Shown here: one piece after another, positions 1 to 8,947 of the stretch
Position numbering within the stretch: position 1 is the first letter of the stretch
Layout of the letters: every line of letters starts with the position of its first letter
From: an uncultured delta proteobacterium
GTDB lineage: Bacteria; Desulfobacterota; RBG-13-43-22
NCBI GenBank assembly: GCA_963843145.1
Contig: CAWJJC010000029.1
Location: 1 to 35,437, forward strand
DNA length: 35,437 bases
Reading direction: 5' to 3'
Notes under the pieces: generated by a model
Seen by the model: only the letters and a program-made list of their open reading frames with translations
The model's database searches: none
What the model was told of the DNA's origin: nothing
Translations under genes and position numbers: made by a program

Positions 1-123
1 CTCCTGGACGGCGGGGCCAACGTCAATAACATGTATAGCGTCGATCCGAAGACGGCCTATGATCCGCTCATAACGGCCATGGCCAGTCAAACGCTGGTCC
101 AGGTGAGAAGAGTCGCGCCCTAG
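1..123 (+). CDS. 3' end of a molybdopterin oxidoreductase catalytic subunit (partial, runs off the window)
   Basis: Frame +1 is open from base 1: LLDGGANVNNMYSVDPKTAYDPLITAMASQTLVQVRRVAP*. The GxNxN...DP...V pattern resembles the end of a molybdopterin dinucleotide-binding domain, and it sits directly upstream of a DmsB-type Fe-S subunit. Confidence 0.6.
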   Translation, partial: LLDGGANVNNMYSVDPKTAYDPLITAMASQTLVQVRRVAP

Positions 124-143
124 TGGAGGAAGGAGAAGGGTAC

Positions 144-704
144 ATGCCTGAAGAATGCGCTATTCTATTCAGCGAAGTGCAATGTATTCAATGTCACGGA
201 TGTGAGACGGCCTGTAAAAGCTGGAGAGGGGTTGAACTGGGCGTAAAGTGGCGAAGGGTCGATAACCTCTGGGTGGGACGTTATCCCCACGTGAAAAGTG
301 CTTCCCTTTCCCTGGCCTGCCTGCACTGTGTTGATGCCGCCTGCGTGACGGCCTGCCCAGCCGACGCGATCAAGAAGCGGCCTGAGGACGGTGTTGTCCT
401 GGTGGACCGGGAGGCATGCACCGGCTGTCAAAGCTGCCTCGAGGCGTGCCCCTTCCAGGTGCCCCAGTTCGGGAAAGACGGGACCATGCAGAAATGCGAC
501 CTGTGTACGAATGAACCGGTCCTGGCAGGCGGAGTCCCCCCTTGCGTTTCGACCTGTCCCACAAAAGCCCTCCGGTACGGCAGGATCACTCCATTGGAAA
601 AGATCGTCGCGGTGCAATCGCTCAGGGTACGTTGGCCGGGCGACAGCGCCCTAGGAAAAAGGATGGCTGATTCCGTCCCCGGCCTGGTGGTTCCCGTCCC
701 TTAG
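144..704 (+). CDS. 4Fe-4S dicluster electron-transfer subunit (DmsB/NrfC/PhsB family)
   Basis: Cys motifs CIQCHGCETAC, CLHCVDAACVTACP, CTGCQSCLEACP and KCDLC...PPCVSTCP; ATG at 144 follows a purine-rich RBS (GGAGGAAGGAGAAGGG). Confidence 0.9.
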   Translation: MPEECAILFSEVQCIQCHGCETACKSWRGVELGVKWRRVDNLWVGRYPHVKSASLSLACLHCVDAACVTACPADAIKKRPEDGVVLVDREACTGCQSCLEACPFQVPQFGKDGTMQKCDLCTNEPVLAGGVPPCVSTCPTKALRYGRITPLEKIVAVQSLRVRWPGDSALGKRMADSVPGLVVPVP

Positions 705-729
705 ACATAACGAGAGAAAGGCGACCTGG

Positions 730-1584
730 ATGAAAGAAAATCAACCCAGTATTACCGCACAACGCGTGGCGCTGCGAAGGGCGTCTCATCAATTAATAGA
801 TGATCCCAGAGTTTTCGAGGACCCTGTCGCGCTGCGCATCATCGGCAGAGATAGTGCTGCGGCTTTGCAGGCTGATCCGAGTCAATTTGAGGGCACCCCA
901 CTGTCGTCTTACCTGCGCGCTTTCATGGCCGCCCGCAGCCGCTTAGCCGAGGACGAATTGGCCTATGGTGTTCAACACGGCGTGCGCCAATATGTCATTT
1001 TAGGCGCCGGGTTGGATACCTTCGCCTACCGAAACCCGTATCCTCAAGGAGTATTGCGGGTGTTTGAAGTCGATCATCCTGCAACGCAGACCTGGAAAAA
1101 GGAGCGCCTTGAGGAGATCGGAATTACCCTTCCCAGTGACCTTACCTTCGCACCCATCGACTTCGAAGCACAAACGCTGGCCGAGGGGCTACACTGCGCG
1201 GGGTATGATCCGGACCAGGGGACCTTCTTTTCGTGGCTCGGCGTGACGCCTTACCTGACCACCGAAGCCGTGATGGCGACCTTGCGTTTCATCGCCTCGG
1301 CGCCGGCGGAAAGCGGGGTCGTCTTCGACTACGCGATCTCACCGTCTTTGTTGTCCCCGGCCCAGCGTTTGGTCTTCGAGGCACTTGCGCAGCGGGTAGC
1401 ATCGGCCGGAGAGCCGTGGCAGGCCTTCTTCGACCCCGGATTGCTGACCGGGGATCTACGCGCCCTGGGTTTCGGAACGGTAGAGGACCAAGGGCCGGAA
1501 GAGATCAATGCCCAATACTTTAAGGACCGCCTGGACGGGCTACGAGTCGGGACCCTATCCCACCTGATTAAGGCTTGGGTCTGA
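730..1584 (+). CDS. class I SAM-dependent methyltransferase (LCM/YktD-like)
   Basis: Motifs QYVILGAGLDTFAYR, VFEVDHPATQ, PIDF and WLGVTPYL. Confidence 0.9.
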   Translation: MKENQPSITAQRVALRRASHQLIDDPRVFEDPVALRIIGRDSAAALQADPSQFEGTPLSSYLRAFMAARSRLAEDELAYGVQHGVRQYVILGAGLDTFAYRNPYPQGVLRVFEVDHPATQTWKKERLEEIGITLPSDLTFAPIDFEAQTLAEGLHCAGYDPDQGTFFSWLGVTPYLTTEAVMATLRFIASAPAESGVVFDYAISPSLLSPAQRLVFEALAQRVASAGEPWQAFFDPGLLTGDLRALGFGTVEDQGPEEINAQYFKDRLDGLRVGTLSHLIKAWV

Positions 1585-2124
1585 ATGCCGACTCAAGCGG
1601 ACGCCATCAGGCCTTTGACTTTCCCCTGCCCTGGGAAATAAGAACCCCTTTTTTAACACCCGCCTTAGAAAAATGAGGGCCTGGTTATGGATGCCGGGAA
1701 CCTGGCCTTCCCGGGGACCGGCTACGTTCAGTATTTTGATTTCGTTCAATCCGATCCAATCCCGAATGGTTTTCGGGTCACCGCCCTGGGCCAGGTCTAC
1801 CAAAAGGAAGGGCTTTGCCTGCTTTCGGGCCAGCCTGACGGTCAGGGCCGTTCCTCCGCTGGGTGGTCCCCAAGTCAGTATAAGAGTCCCATCCGACTCA
1901 CGGACGTTTTTAGCGGTCCGGGCCGGGTATCCGGGCGACGGCATCTCCCTTAAGGGGTACCACTCCGGAATCGCCCCGTCTTCGGCTCGCCGGCCTTTGG
2001 GAATCCAACCCCCGCAGGGGATCTCCAGTTCCAGGGCCAGGTCCAGGGCGGCCCGGTCCACTCCGGTTTGACCGCCGGAGATAATTCGAAAGACCGGTTT
2101 GATTTTTGAACTTTTTTTTGTCAC
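1555..2124 (-). CDS. putative molybdenum carrier protein (YpsA-related SLOG family)
   Basis: Motifs IISGGQTGVDRAALD, GGWIPKGRRAEDG, NVRESDGTLI and ILNVAGPRE. Confidence 0.85.
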   Translation of the reverse strand: MTKKSSKIKPVFRIISGGQTGVDRAALDLALELEIPCGGWIPKGRRAEDGAIPEWYPLREMPSPGYPARTAKNVRESDGTLILTWGPPSGGTALTVRLARKQAKPFLLVDLAQGGDPKTIRDWIGLNEIKILNVAGPREGQVPGIHNQALIFLRRVLKKGFLFPRAGESQRPDGVRLSRHSDPSLNQVG

Positions 2125-2223
2125 GACGGTTAAGTGTCGAATCCTGGTGGCAGAGGAAGGGTCGTCCCACCCCTACGGTCGGTCGGCCAAAGGCGGGAGG
2201 CGTGCCGATCCGGCAGGTTGTTG

Positions 2224-2520
2224 CTAGGCGCTCAAATATCCCTTGAGCACATACGCGAGGCAGACTAGCAGATTGAACACCCCGGTGGCCCAAAACATGG
2301 CGTCGAACGTTCTCACCTTTTTCGCGGCTTCTTCGTAGTCCCGCACCAGATCATAAAGGCGTCTCACCTTGCCGGTTTTCCAGATTTTGATCCTCGAATA
2401 AACCGTCACCCCTCCTATCGCCCCAGAGGAAACCGCTAAGGCAAGGGGAATGGAGTGACTGGTCAAGACCGAAAAAATGGTCGCCGCCACTAAACCGATA
2501 TTGAGCCCCATTAAAAGCAA
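2224..2520 (-). CDS. small hypothetical membrane protein
   Basis: 98-aa ORF with three hydrophobic segments; no recognised family; start uncertain. Confidence 0.4.
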   Translation of the reverse strand: MLLMGLNIGLVAATIFSVLTSHSIPLALAVSSGAIGGVTVYSRIKIWKTGKVRRLYDLVRDYEEAAKKVRTFDAMFWATGVFNLLVCLAYVLKGYLSA

Positions 2521-2711
2521 AAGTAAGCTCCTCTTTGAATTTTACCCCTTCCTGTCCGGTTTACACAACCATAATAAAGAAAATTCAGGTTATGCAAATA
2601 TCCCTTCAGCAAACTCAAACAAGATCTCCAGGATTTATACTAACCAATAGATCGGTCTTTAGTATAATCGGCAAAAGGGTTATTTCGGGATAACAAGATT
2701 CATGGAATTGA

Positions 2712-2737
2712 ATACTATAGTCTGTAGATTTCTAGCC
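2712..2737 (+). promoter_or_regulatory. C-box operator for the R-M controller protein
   Basis: ATACTATAGTC-TGTA-GATTTCTAGCC resembles the two-operator GACTnATAGTC-TGTA-GACTnATAGTC pattern of C.PvuII/C.BamHI-type systems; it ends 22 nt before the C-gene ATG. Confidence 0.7.
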
Positions 2738-2759
2738 CTCTATCAATCATTATTCCACC

Positions 2760-3050
2760 ATGCATAGCTTCAATGAAAAAGATGCTAATGACAAAATGTT
2801 GGACACTGCTTTCGGTTTAGTCTTGCGTCGTCTTCGCCAGAAAGCTGGGCTATCACAGGAAGGGCTTGCTTTTGAAAGTGGATACCACCGCACCTACATC
2901 AGCCTTCTCGAACGCGGGAAGAAAAGCCCTTCTTTGCAAACAATATCCAGCTTGGCGAAAATATTAAAAATTGAGCTGTCAGATTTCATGAAAAAAGTCC
3001 AGGTCGAGGTCGACTCTCTATCTATGAACATAAAGAATGTTCTCGAATAG
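2760..3050 (+). CDS. R-M controller (C) protein, XRE-family HTH
   Basis: FGLVLRRLRQKAGLSQEGLAFESGYHRTYISLLERGKKSPSL is typical of C proteins; it lies 3 nt upstream of the endonuclease gene and follows a C-box. Confidence 0.85.
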   Translation: MHSFNEKDANDKMLDTAFGLVLRRLRQKAGLSQEGLAFESGYHRTYISLLERGKKSPSLQTISSLAKILKIELSDFMKKVQVEVDSLSMNIKNVLE

Positions 3051-3053
3051 GCC

Positions 3054-3662
3054 ATGAAAATCATTCATATTGAAAAGATTATCGACTTCGGAAGTTTTTC
3101 CCGGTCAACAGACTGGAAAAAAATAGAAGGGCATATCCTCCAATCCATCAAATCCATTGAATGGCCTCCAAATTCGGGCTCATTCACCCTCTTTGATGAA
3201 CCCGGGAAAAAACGTGGAAAAGGTAATGGTGTCAAACCAATTAAACTGGCATGCATGCAAAAATTGAAATCTTTCGGTTGGCAACTAGAAACACGGGTGG
3301 ATATTGCAACCTTGAAACGACCCGGTCCGATGGATGCCACCTATATTGTGGGCAATCGACTCTTCTGCCTTGAATGGGAGACAGGAAATATTTCGTCCAG
3401 CCACCGTTCGCTCAACAAAATGGCTTTGGGAATTCTTAAAGGATCACTGATCGGAGGTGCGTTAGTCGTCCCTACTCGTACAATGTATCGATATTTGACT
3501 GATCGTATCGGGAACCTCCAGGAACTTGAACCCTACTTTCCGCTATGGAAAGCCCTTTCTATCGCTCAGGGGCTCCTTGTCGTTATAGCCATAGAACATG
3601 ACGCAGTTAGCTCCACCGTCCCAAGGATCGAGAAGGGAACGGATGGACGGGCGTTGTCGTAA
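3054..3662 (+). CDS. type II restriction endonuclease, BamHI family
   Basis: NGVKPIK, D...LEWETGNISSSHRSLNK and YLTDRIGNLQELEPYF closely parallel BamHI motifs (NGVVPIK, EFETGNISSAHRSMNK, YLTDR..N.EELEPYF), including the D...ExE catalytic set. Confidence 0.9.
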   Translation: MKIIHIEKIIDFGSFSRSTDWKKIEGHILQSIKSIEWPPNSGSFTLFDEPGKKRGKGNGVKPIKLACMQKLKSFGWQLETRVDIATLKRPGPMDATYIVGNRLFCLEWETGNISSSHRSLNKMALGILKGSLIGGALVVPTRTMYRYLTDRIGNLQELEPYFPLWKALSIAQGLLVVIAIEHDAVSSTVPRIEKGTDGRALS

Positions 3663-3666
3663 GAAA

Positions 3667-5055
3667 CTATTTTTTCTGAAAAATAAGAATATATTCGCGC
3701 CGCATCGTATTTGTTATACCTGTGATGGGCCGACTCATCTTCTTGACTAATTTTAGTCCAAAACCAACTCCGATATCGATCAAAATTTCGTGTAATCCCA
3801 TGACCTCATCGGGTGAAACACCGAGCACCTTTCCAAGTTGATTGCTGTTTGTCCCCACGATAATAGTACAGAGACATTCCCGCCGCAAAACTCGCGCGCA
3901 TTCGGAAAGTATGCTTACCATGTCCTCTCGGTACCGTTGGTATTTCTCGGATAGGTTGCGGCCTCTCAAACCGACCATCCTTTCGCGAAGGGATTCGACT
4001 TCCACTCCCATGTAATTCAGATGAAATGAATCATTAGCCAGATAATCTATAGCGAAGCTGTAGGGTGGAGAAAATATTATTCCATCAATGCTTTCGCCGG
4101 GCAGCGGAAGCTCCCTAGCATCCCCCTCAAAAACTTCCGCTGGAGTTGGATCAATATTCAATTGGGATAAAACATTTTGAATTTTACCAGCAACGAATAA
4201 ATAACGCTCCAAAATGGCCTCAAATTGCCTTAAAGGATTTCTTTTGTTGCTCCTTTCCGAATAGCCTGCGCTGTCTAGATAGGCCAGCAGGAGGAAATTA
4301 TATGTTTTAGTAGTATCTTCACCCCAATCCGTTAATGGGGAATGATTTTTGTTGCCAGAATACTCCAACACCTCTTCCATGGCGACCAAGGCAGTCTTTT
4401 TTGTTTTTTCCTTGTTTATTTTGCTCGCAATCTTTGGTTGCCCGACCTTTTTCTGGAAATAAGCAAAAACCCTTTCACAGTTATTAAGGGCACCTTTAGC
4501 GCGTACCAAGGGCATTGTCAGTGTATCAAGTTTTGCCTGGGTCATAAATTGACAAAACGGGCTAGCGTCGAAACCCATAGATTTGATTTTCATCAAAGAT
4601 GCTTCAACCAATACAGTTCCTGAGCCCATCATAGGATCAAGTACAGTATCGCCAGGTTTAAGTCCCATTATGTTGATCAAACCCTTAATCATCTGGGGAT
4701 GGAATTTGCCCCGGTAAGGGAAAAGACCATGGGTGGCATAACCGGTGCGGAAAATATTATTTTCGAAAAAGGATTTTAAACGAGAGGAAGAACCGTTAGG
4801 CAATTTCAGTGTCTCGCCGGTACACATTAGAAAATGATGGGTGTATTCTCCCCCCGCAGCGGAAAAATATGCTCCATTATTAATGAGTTCCGTATCGGAT
4901 AGGAGTTTATTTTCGTAAAAGGCCAACTCCAATTCATAGAAATCATTTAGGTTCGGAATTAATCGCCGTCCTAGAGGAAACAATGCGTCCGAAAGGTCGA
5001 GACCCAGGCAATTGACCACCTTTCTTTTGTTCGTGATATTAACGTTATTCTCCAA
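3667..5055 (-). CDS. site-specific DNA methyltransferase, probably N4-cytosine, alpha-type motif order
   Basis: THGLFPYRGKFHPQ, SAM-binding motif VLDPMMGSGT ahead of catalytic SPPY, then ECARVLR. Confidence 0.85.
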   Translation of the reverse strand: MENNVNITNKRKVVNCLGLDLSDALFPLGRRLIPNLNDFYELELAFYENKLLSDTELINNGAYFSAAGGEYTHHFLMCTGETLKLPNGSSSRLKSFFENNIFRTGYATHGLFPYRGKFHPQMIKGLINIMGLKPGDTVLDPMMGSGTVLVEASLMKIKSMGFDASPFCQFMTQAKLDTLTMPLVRAKGALNNCERVFAYFQKKVGQPKIASKINKEKTKKTALVAMEEVLEYSGNKNHSPLTDWGEDTTKTYNFLLLAYLDSAGYSERSNKRNPLRQFEAILERYLFVAGKIQNVLSQLNIDPTPAEVFEGDARELPLPGESIDGIIFSPPYSFAIDYLANDSFHLNYMGVEVESLRERMVGLRGRNLSEKYQRYREDMVSILSECARVLRRECLCTIIVGTNSNQLGKVLGVSPDEVMGLHEILIDIGVGFGLKLVKKMSRPITGITNTMRREYILIFQKK

Positions 5056-5917
5056 TAAAATCTTCCGATTTGTGCGGCCGCAAATTTTCAGTTTGGAGGC
5101 GTTCGATGATCACTTCGCAACTTTCCAAATCCATTCCGATCCAATGGCGCTTAAGACGCTCACAAACATCATAGGTTGTCCCGCTACCTCCGAATGGATC
5201 TAGGACTAAATCATATTTATTGGTAGACATCTGAATCACCCGTTCAAGGACTTTAGTAGATAACTGGTTTAAGAGGCGTTTACGGCTCTTAAATTTCCAG
5301 TGCCTTACAGGGGTTATATCATTCCAAACGTCGGTCAAATTTACTCCATTTGGATTCATAGCCCCCCTGTGTCCACCATAATCCTTGATCTCTCCCCCAC
5401 AATGCCGGCACTTCTCAATAGGAGTCCGAATCTTAACAAAGGTTTTAGGTTTTCCTTTTGTGAAATAAAGTAAGCTATAATGAGAGGGATATAATCTTCC
5501 GGGTATTGGTAAGGTTAATTTTACGTTGATTGCTATCCAATGACGAAATGTTAAACCTGCTACAGTCAAGTAACTCCCCAACTGCATGTTCCATTTGGGT
5601 AAATTATAAACGAAAAATGCTCCTCCTGGCTTTAAAATTCTAACGCAGTGATCTAGCCATTCATTGCACCATTCCAGATAATCGCCATCCTTAAGGCTAT
5701 CATTAACACGGCTCCCATATTTTTTTGCCAGGTTAAACGGAGGATCTGCAAAAACGGTATCGATTACTTCGTCCTGAACATAGGGAAGTATTTGGAGGCA
5801 ATCGCCTTCATACAGCGCGCCGAATTTGCTCCCAAAGATCATCCGATCTTCGATTCCAGGCTTCATAACATTTGTGGTGGCCCAGTTCTCTGACTCACTT
5901 AATAATCGTACAGGCAT
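5045..5917 (-). CDS. M.BamHI-like amino-methyltransferase (beta class, probably m4C)
   Basis: GDCL...FADPPFN (motif IV) precedes VLDPFGGSGTT (motif I); LTDVWNDI; adjacent to a BamHI-like REase. Start uncertain. Confidence 0.9.
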   Translation of the reverse strand: MPVRLLSESENWATTNVMKPGIEDRMIFGSKFGALYEGDCLQILPYVQDEVIDTVFADPPFNLAKKYGSRVNDSLKDGDYLEWCNEWLDHCVRILKPGGAFFVYNLPKWNMQLGSYLTVAGLTFRHWIAINVKLTLPIPGRLYPSHYSLLYFTKGKPKTFVKIRTPIEKCRHCGGEIKDYGGHRGAMNPNGVNLTDVWNDITPVRHWKFKSRKRLLNQLSTKVLERVIQMSTNKYDLVLDPFGGSGTTYDVCERLKRHWIGMDLESCEVIIERLQTENLRPHKSEDFIGE

Positions 5918-5953
5918 AGTAAATTAATACCAATATTTGACCAAACATGGGGT

Positions 5954-8140
5954 TTAGCTGCACCTGGAAAATCCGCAGGAATGGCAGTTCAGACAGCCGT
6001 TTTCGTGGACCACCTGGCCGCCGCAATCCGGGCAGGAACCCATAAGCGATCCGCTTTCGGAGGTCTCGATCTGGGTGTAGTTGCCGATCACCCGGCCGAT
6101 GGCATCCGGGCAGGAGAGGACCTGGTGGCCGTTGACCCAGGCCGGAGAGGGGCAGCGAATCCCGGAAAGCTGCCGGATAACGGAACCCATGGAGATCCCG
6201 GAGCGCAGGGCCAGGGAAATCAATCGGCCGGTGGCCTCGATCTGGGACGAGGCGCAGCCCCCCGTTTTGCCCATCTGGGCGAAGACCTCGCAATACCCTT
6301 TTTCATCCTCGTTGATAGTTACATACAGTTTCCCGCAGCCGGTGTTGATCCGTTCCGTGACCCCGTTGGTCCGGTCCGGCCGGGGGCGGGGATTGATCTT
6401 CGGGCCTTCCGCCGGCTTGCTCAGATTCAGCACCTGGGTTTCCCGGCTCCCGTAGCGATAGATGGTGACCCCCTTACACCCCTCCCGGTAGGCCAGCAAA
6501 TAGGCGGTCTTGACTTCTTCCGGGGTGGCTTCCTCGGGAAAATTGATGGTCTTGGAGACGGCGTTGTCCGTGTGCCGCTGAAAGGCCGCCTGGATGCGTA
6601 TATGCCATTCCGGGTCGATATCGTGGGAGGTGACAAACAGGGTTTTCAACTCCTCCGGGATCCCTTCCAGGTGCTTGATGGAGCCTTCTTTGGCAATCTC
6701 CTCCATCAGTTCGGGCCGGTAAAAGCCCTTCTCCTTGGCCGCTTTTTTGAAGTAGGGATTAACCTCCACCATCCGGGTTCCGTCCAGCACTGTTCGATAG
6801 TAAGAGACGGCAAACAAGGGTTCAATGCCGCTGGAGGCCCCGGCAATGATGCTGATGGTCCCGGTGGGGGCCAGGGTGGTGGTGGTGGCGTTGCGCATGT
6901 AGGCCTTGGCCTTCCGCCCCGGATCATAGACGCTTCCCTTGAAATTGGGGAAATTTCCCCGCTCGCGGGCCAATTGGGTCGAAGATTTTCGGGCCTCGGT
7001 CTGAATGAATTCCATGATCTGCTCGGCCAGTTCCACGGCCCGCTCCGAGTTGTAGGGAACCCCCACCTGGATCAGCAGATCGGCAAAGCCCATCAAACCC
7101 AGGCCGATTTTGCGATTGCCCCGGGTCATTTTTTCGATCTCCGGCAGGGGGTATTTATTCACATCAATGACGTTATCCAGAAAATGGACCCCTTCCTGAA
7201 TAGTGCCGCGCAGCTTCTCGAAATTCACTTTGCCCTTTTTCACCATCCGGGCCAGGTTGAGGGACCCCAGGTTGCAGGACTCGTAGGGCAACAGGGGCTG
7301 TTCCCCGCAGGGATTGGTGGCCTCGATGGGTCCCAGATGCGGCGTCGGGTTATCCCGGTTGATCCGGTCGATAAACACCACTCCCGGTTCTCCGCTACGC
7401 CAGGCGGAATGGACGATCTTGTTAAAAATGGACAAGGCGGAAACGGAGCGGACGGCCTTACCGGTATGGGGATTGACCAGGTCATAGTTCTGATCCTTTT
7501 CCAGGGCCTCCATAAAGGCATCCGGGATGAGGACCGAGATATTGAAATTATTCAGGCGGTCGGTCTGCAGCTTGGCTTCAATAAACTTTTCAATATCCGG
7601 GTGGTCCACCCGGAGCAGTCCCATGTTGGCCCCCCGCCGGGTCCCCCCCTGCTTAATGGTCTCGGTGGCCACATCAAAAACGGTCATGAAAGAAATGGGG
7701 CCGCTGGAAATGCCGTGCGTGGATTTGACCGTATCCTTTTCCGGACGGATTCTGGAAAAGGAAAAGCCGGTCCCTCCGCCGCTTTTATGAATAATGGCCG
7801 TTTGTTTGATGGCCTCAAAAATGCTGTCAATCGAATCCTCCACCGGGAGAACAAAACAGGCGGAGAGCTGTCCCAGTTGGCGGCCGGCATTCATCAGGGT
7901 CGGAGAATTGGGCATAAACTCCAACTGGGTCATCATCCGAAAAAAAGTTTCCTCGCTCTTCTTAACCTGGGTCTTCTTCCCGTAGAGGGCGTCGGCCGAG
8001 GCCACCACCCGGGCCACCCGGCGAAACATGTCCTCCGGTTTCTCGATCACCTGCCCCTTGTCATTTTTCCGCAGGTAGCGTTTGTTTAAGACGATTTGGG
8101 CATTGGGTGACAGGACGATTTTAGAAACACGGGTGGCCAT
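5954..8140 (-). CDS. nrdJ: adenosylcobalamin-dependent (class II) ribonucleotide reductase with C-terminal TSCPD domain and Zn ribbon
   Basis: [57 protein letters not shown] and terminal CPDC...CHSCGFSRC; GAGGAG RBS before ATG 8140; no ATP cone seen. Confidence 0.95.
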   Translation of the reverse strand: MATRVSKIVLSPNAQIVLNKRYLRKNDKGQVIEKPEDMFRRVARVVASADALYGKKTQVKKSEETFFRMMTQLEFMPNSPTLMNAGRQLGQLSACFVLPVEDSIDSIFEAIKQTAIIHKSGGGTGFSFSRIRPEKDTVKSTHGISSGPISFMTVFDVATETIKQGGTRRGANMGLLRVDHPDIEKFIEAKLQTDRLNNFNISVLIPDAFMEALEKDQNYDLVNPHTGKAVRSVSALSIFNKIVHSAWRSGEPGVVFIDRINRDNPTPHLGPIEATNPCGEQPLLPYESCNLGSLNLARMVKKGKVNFEKLRGTIQEGVHFLDNVIDVNKYPLPEIEKMTRGNRKIGLGLMGFADLLIQVGVPYNSERAVELAEQIMEFIQTEARKSSTQLARERGNFPNFKGSVYDPGRKAKAYMRNATTTTLAPTGTISIIAGASSGIEPLFAVSYYRTVLDGTRMVEVNPYFKKAAKEKGFYRPELMEEIAKEGSIKHLEGIPEELKTLFVTSHDIDPEWHIRIQAAFQRHTDNAVSKTINFPEEATPEEVKTAYLLAYREGCKGVTIYRYGSRETQVLNLSKPAEGPKINPRPRPDRTNGVTERINTGCGKLYVTINEDEKGYCEVFAQMGKTGGCASSQIEATGRLISLALRSGISMGSVIRQLSGIRCPSPAWVNGHQVLSCPDAIGRVIGNYTQIETSESGSLMGSCPDCGGQVVHENGCLNCHSCGFSRCS

Positions 8141-8324
8141 AGAAAACTCCTCAATTCTATTTATTTCCAAAGATCAAAAGATAATGCCAACGGCTAAATT
8201 GAACCAAAATATTCGCCGGGGCCCCTGGGAGGGCTGTTGGTTGTAAGAATTTTTTTAAGAATGTCTTCCCCGGTCCGGTTGGCTGGGAAGGCGAGCATAC
8301 CGCTATCGCCGTACCGCAGTAGTT

Positions 8325-8371
8325 ATACCATATATAGACAATAGCGCAATAAGTTATACAATGGGTAGTAT
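8325..8371. promoter_or_regulatory. tandem NrdR boxes upstream of nrdJ
   Basis: ATACCATATATAGACA (8325-8340) and ATACAATGGGTAGTAT (8356-8371) fit acaCwAtATaTwGtgt (the second more weakly), 31 bp apart; they overlap a minus-strand TTGCGC-N16-TATAAC promoter candidate with an extended -10 TG. Confidence 0.75.
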
Positions 8372-8940
8372 TATAACGGGGAGAAAAGAAAGTTGCAACG
8401 AAATTTTTTCTCTAAAGCCAGGAATTGATTTTTCAGCGGGACTCCCCCCCCATACCCCACCGGGTCCCCCTTAGACCCGATGACCCGGTGGCAGGGAATA
8501 AGGATGGGTACGGGGTTGACATGGTTGGCCTGCCCTACGGCTCGGACGGCTTTAGGACGACCGACCTGTCTGGCAATCTCCCCGTAACTGCGGGTCTCCC
8601 CATAGGGGATCTGAGCCAGAGCCTGCCAGACCTCTGACTGGAAAGAGGTCCCCTGGAGGTCCAGGGGGATGGAAAATAGCGCCCGCCGGCCGGTTAAATA
8701 TTCTTCAAGCTGGATATAGAAATTATCAAATAACATATTGTTTTGGATTAAAATACTAGGATTGTATTTTTTGATAACGGTCTTGAAAAAATGTTCCACC
8801 GGGTGTGCCGGAAAGGAAATCCGGCATATCCCCCGATAAGTGGCCGCCACGTAAATCCGGCCGACCGAAGGAAACAACCGGGAGTCATAAGATACGGTGT
8901 CGGGGTCTTTCTCAGGCCTTCCAGTTTTCGATAATTTCAT
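8371..8940 (-). CDS. ogt: methylated-DNA--protein-cysteine S-methyltransferase
   Basis: GTSFQSEVWQAL..IPYGETRSYG, AVRAVGQA and active-site PCHRV. Confidence 0.92.
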   Translation of the reverse strand: MKLSKTGRPEKDPDTVSYDSRLFPSVGRIYVAATYRGICRISFPAHPVEHFFKTVIKKYNPSILIQNNMLFDNFYIQLEEYLTGRRALFSIPLDLQGTSFQSEVWQALAQIPYGETRSYGEIARQVGRPKAVRAVGQANHVNPVPILIPCHRVIGSKGDPVGYGGGVPLKNQFLALEKKFRCNFLFSPL

Positions 8941-8947
8941 ATCACCC

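Noticed and set aside
5981-8089. 702-aa ORF on the plus strand
   Set aside because: Antisense shadow of nrdJ, expected from GC-rich codon usage; no recognisable motifs.
8141-8320. Possible cobalamin riboswitch in the nrdJ leader
   Set aside because: Only an isolated GGGAAG is present; the other conserved B12-element motifs are not visible. An Rfam scan would settle it.
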